DNA of 37,572 nucleotides from Escherichia phage SKA5: sequence record OR670062.1; one strand, 5' to 3'. Shown piece by piece: positions 35,604 to 37,572 of this stretch (position 1 is its first letter; each line of letters starts with the position of its first letter). The notes under the pieces were generated by a model. It saw only the letters and a program-made list of their open reading frames with translations, ran no database searches and was not told where the DNA came from. The position numbers and the translations under genes were made by a program.

Positions 35604-36206
35604 TTACGCGTTAAGAAGGGTCAGGACGCGTTCACGCGCCATACGTTGATTAATGGCTTTCTGTAGCGCGCCGCTGTTGCGCGCCTCCTGCCATGCTTTC
35701 ATGGAGCGAACAGCCGAGTCAGCCTCCTGATAGGCAGGATATGTCACAGGACTGACATCCAGCAGACGGGAAAAGCGGGTTATCTCGCGAATAACAACCC
35801 CGTCCTCATCCTGATACCACTCCTCGCCGTCACGGGCGACACGGAAAGCAAAAGATGACTGGTTAATATCTCCACGTTGCATCGGGGCCAGCACCAGATC
35901 ACGAATGGTCTGTGTCTCCGGAGCCTGGATGTCATAGCGTAATCCGCGCTCATCAACTGAAAGATTCAGCGTGCCTGCTGCACTACGCCCAAGAATAAAA
36001 TTAGGATCGTGGTTAAACAGTGCGCGGACATCATCACCAAGCACATCGTCAAAAGCGCCGGGCCGGATGATTTCGCGGAATGAACCGAATATCAGCTCAG
36101 AACGACAGTCAAACACCGATCCATAACCGATAATGTGCGCCGGGTTATCGTCATGCCTCTCAGCACGCACCTCACCGCTGTAACAACGGATTTCACGGTC
36201 ATTCAT
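35604..36206 (-). CDS. prohead protease (HK97 family)
   Basis: 200 aa from MNDREIRC with a GAGGGA SD; the ORF-track start is 36263. Lies between portal and major capsid. Confidence 0.8.
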   Translation of the reverse strand: MNDREIRCYSGEVRAERHDDNPAHIIGYGSVFDCRSELIFGSFREIIRPGAFDDVLGDDVRALFNHDPNFILGRSAAGTLNLSVDERGLRYDIQAPETQTIRDLVLAPMQRGDINQSSFAFRVARDGEEWYQDEDGVVIREITRFSRLLDVSPVTYPAYQEADSAVRSMKAWQEARNSGALQKAINQRMARERVLTLLNA

Positions 36207-37473
36207 TGGTTTTTCCCTCATCGTTTTTTGGGGGCTTAAAATCTCCTGCCGGGTTAGCAGCATTCACGCTTACCAGCATCTCGTCCAGCCCTTCAACCGG
36301 ATTCATATCCTCGAATGCGCGGGCCTCATTACGGCTCATCCATCCATCGGTAATAGCGAAGTGATAGAATTGCGCGCGCTCCTGCGGAGTTCCGCGTAAA
36401 AGCCCCGTCAGATTGAACCTGACGTAATACCCGGCGGCTAACTCAGCGCGGGTAAACAAGCGACGGTTAAGCTCCTGCTCCCAGTTCGTCACCCACGGCA
36501 TCATCGTGTAGCGGACAAACTGAATCGCCTGCGCAGAAATATTGGAGAAGGTGGCTTTTTCGAGGTCATTAATCATGTGCGCAGGAATATTGAAAATACC
36601 GGCGATCATTGAACGGTTCAGCTTCATCATGTCAATGATCTGAGCGTCAACTGGCGACACAGTCAGTGCCTTGTAATCCAGATCGGCTGGCAGCAGCATG
36701 GTTTTGTTTTCCTGGCGGCGTAACGCCTGCGATGCCTTCTGCCACTGATCTTTAAGCCAGCCCCAGCTTTCCTTATTGAGTCCGCTTTTAACGGATACTA
36801 TCCCCGCCGGACGGGCATTACCGCTGAAGAAGCTTTCTGTGTACTTCTGACCGCTCATCCCCATGCCTATTGTTTCGGCATGTTGCATAATCGGACTCAG
36901 CCCCATCTTCTGATTATTACCCAGCGCACGGATGTGGATCATATCGTCCGGACTGATCGCAAACGCCCCATATTCGTTGTACAAACCGTAGGTATATCGG
37001 CCACCAGTATTCATCAGCGTCGTTTCCCACGGCATACAGCAATCCAGGGATATGACTTCACCGCGACGATTACGTTTCACCCAGGTATACCCATTCCCCC
37101 AGCCAAGGATGTGACGTTGCTTCAGTTCGCGCCATTTGTAGCTGGTTTGCCAGGTATTGGGCTCATCATGAACCAGATAAAACGCCGGATGATCGCGTGC
37201 GGGTTCAACCTTCCCCTTGTGCCTGCGCATAACATGCAACGGCATCTGGGCAAGGCTGGAAGACAGGACATAGATACAGGAATACACCGCAGCCAGTTTC
37301 ATCGCAGTCTCAGGACTGACATAAACGTCTGCCCGGAACAGCCCATCAGTATCAACGGCATCCCCGGTTATCGGGGTGGAAGGATTCTCCAGTGATTTAC
37401 TTCTGAACAGAGCATCAAGCAGCACGCGTCCCCCTTCTGGCCATAGCCAGTGCGCCCACCAGCAGTAAAGCAC
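36199..37473 (-). CDS. portal protein (HK97 family)
   Basis: ORF-track boundaries. The likely true start is the GTG at 37425 (AGGGGGA SD), which overlaps the stop of the junction-spanning small ORF. Confidence 0.85.
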   Translation of the reverse strand: MLYCWWAHWLWPEGGRVLLDALFRSKSLENPSTPITGDAVDTDGLFRADVYVSPETAMKLAAVYSCIYVLSSSLAQMPLHVMRRHKGKVEPARDHPAFYLVHDEPNTWQTSYKWRELKQRHILGWGNGYTWVKRNRRGEVISLDCCMPWETTLMNTGGRYTYGLYNEYGAFAISPDDMIHIRALGNNQKMGLSPIMQHAETIGMGMSGQKYTESFFSGNARPAGIVSVKSGLNKESWGWLKDQWQKASQALRRQENKTMLLPADLDYKALTVSPVDAQIIDMMKLNRSMIAGIFNIPAHMINDLEKATFSNISAQAIQFVRYTMMPWVTNWEQELNRRLFTRAELAAGYYVRFNLTGLLRGTPQERAQFYHFAITDGWMSRNEARAFEDMNPVEGLDEMLVSVNAANPAGDFKPPKNDEGKTNE

Positions 37474-37572
37474 CGGACAAAATCAGAGCCGGAGCCATAC
37501 CAAACTGCAGGTAAACCCCGCACGTAAGCAGGCCAAAACCAGCCAGCCCGATAACATCAGCAATTAGTGATT
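37415..37572 (-). CDS. small hydrophobic protein, partial at window edge (continues at nt 4..1 if the sequence is circular)
   Basis: Reading the minus strand across the end-to-start junction gives a 53-aa ORF (MKSLIADVIGLAGFGLLTCGVYLQFGMAPALILSGALLLVGALAMARRGTRAA). Its ATG overlaps the terminase-large stop (ATGA) and its stop overlaps the portal start. Confidence 0.35.
   Translation of the reverse strand, partial: SLIADVIGLAGFGLLTCGVYLQFGMAPALILSGALLLVGALAMARRGTRAA

Noticed and set aside
34844-35666. Plus-strand ORFs antisense to the major capsid and protease genes (34844..35281, 35197..35559, 35300..35614, 35478..35666).
   Set aside because: Antisense to strongly supported structural genes; translations are low complexity.

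Overview
The window reads as one essentially complete temperate phage genome of about 37.6 kb, circularly permuted: it opens inside the packaging module (terminase large subunit ends at nt 1) and closes with the portal gene, with a small ORF spanning the end-to-start junction. The host is probably enterobacterial (inference from resemblance to E. coli/Shigella lambdoid and e14/SfV-type prophages; no host flanking genes are visible). The architecture is mosaic: lambdoid immunity, replication, nin and lysis modules; an HK97-type head and packaging module; a Mu/SfV-type contractile tail; and a Pin-type invertible tail-fibre segment, integrase and DinI homolog. Accessory content worth follow-up: (1) an AT-rich island next to the putative attP carrying a Panacea(DUF4065)-domain gene translationally coupled to an unrecognised 139-aa ORF, a candidate toxin-antitoxin or defence pair; (2) an AT-rich moron encoding a secreted protein inserted inside the tail operon; (3) a second AT-rich moron between the lysis and packaging genes; (4) a duplicated nut-like RNA element and a 350-bp GC-rich, ORF-poor structured region in the leftward early transcript; (5) a LexA DNA-binding-domain-only protein, plus tandem SOS boxes on the dinI-like gene. 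All family assignments come from reading the translated ORFs by eye; no database search was run, and GC statements are visual estimates.
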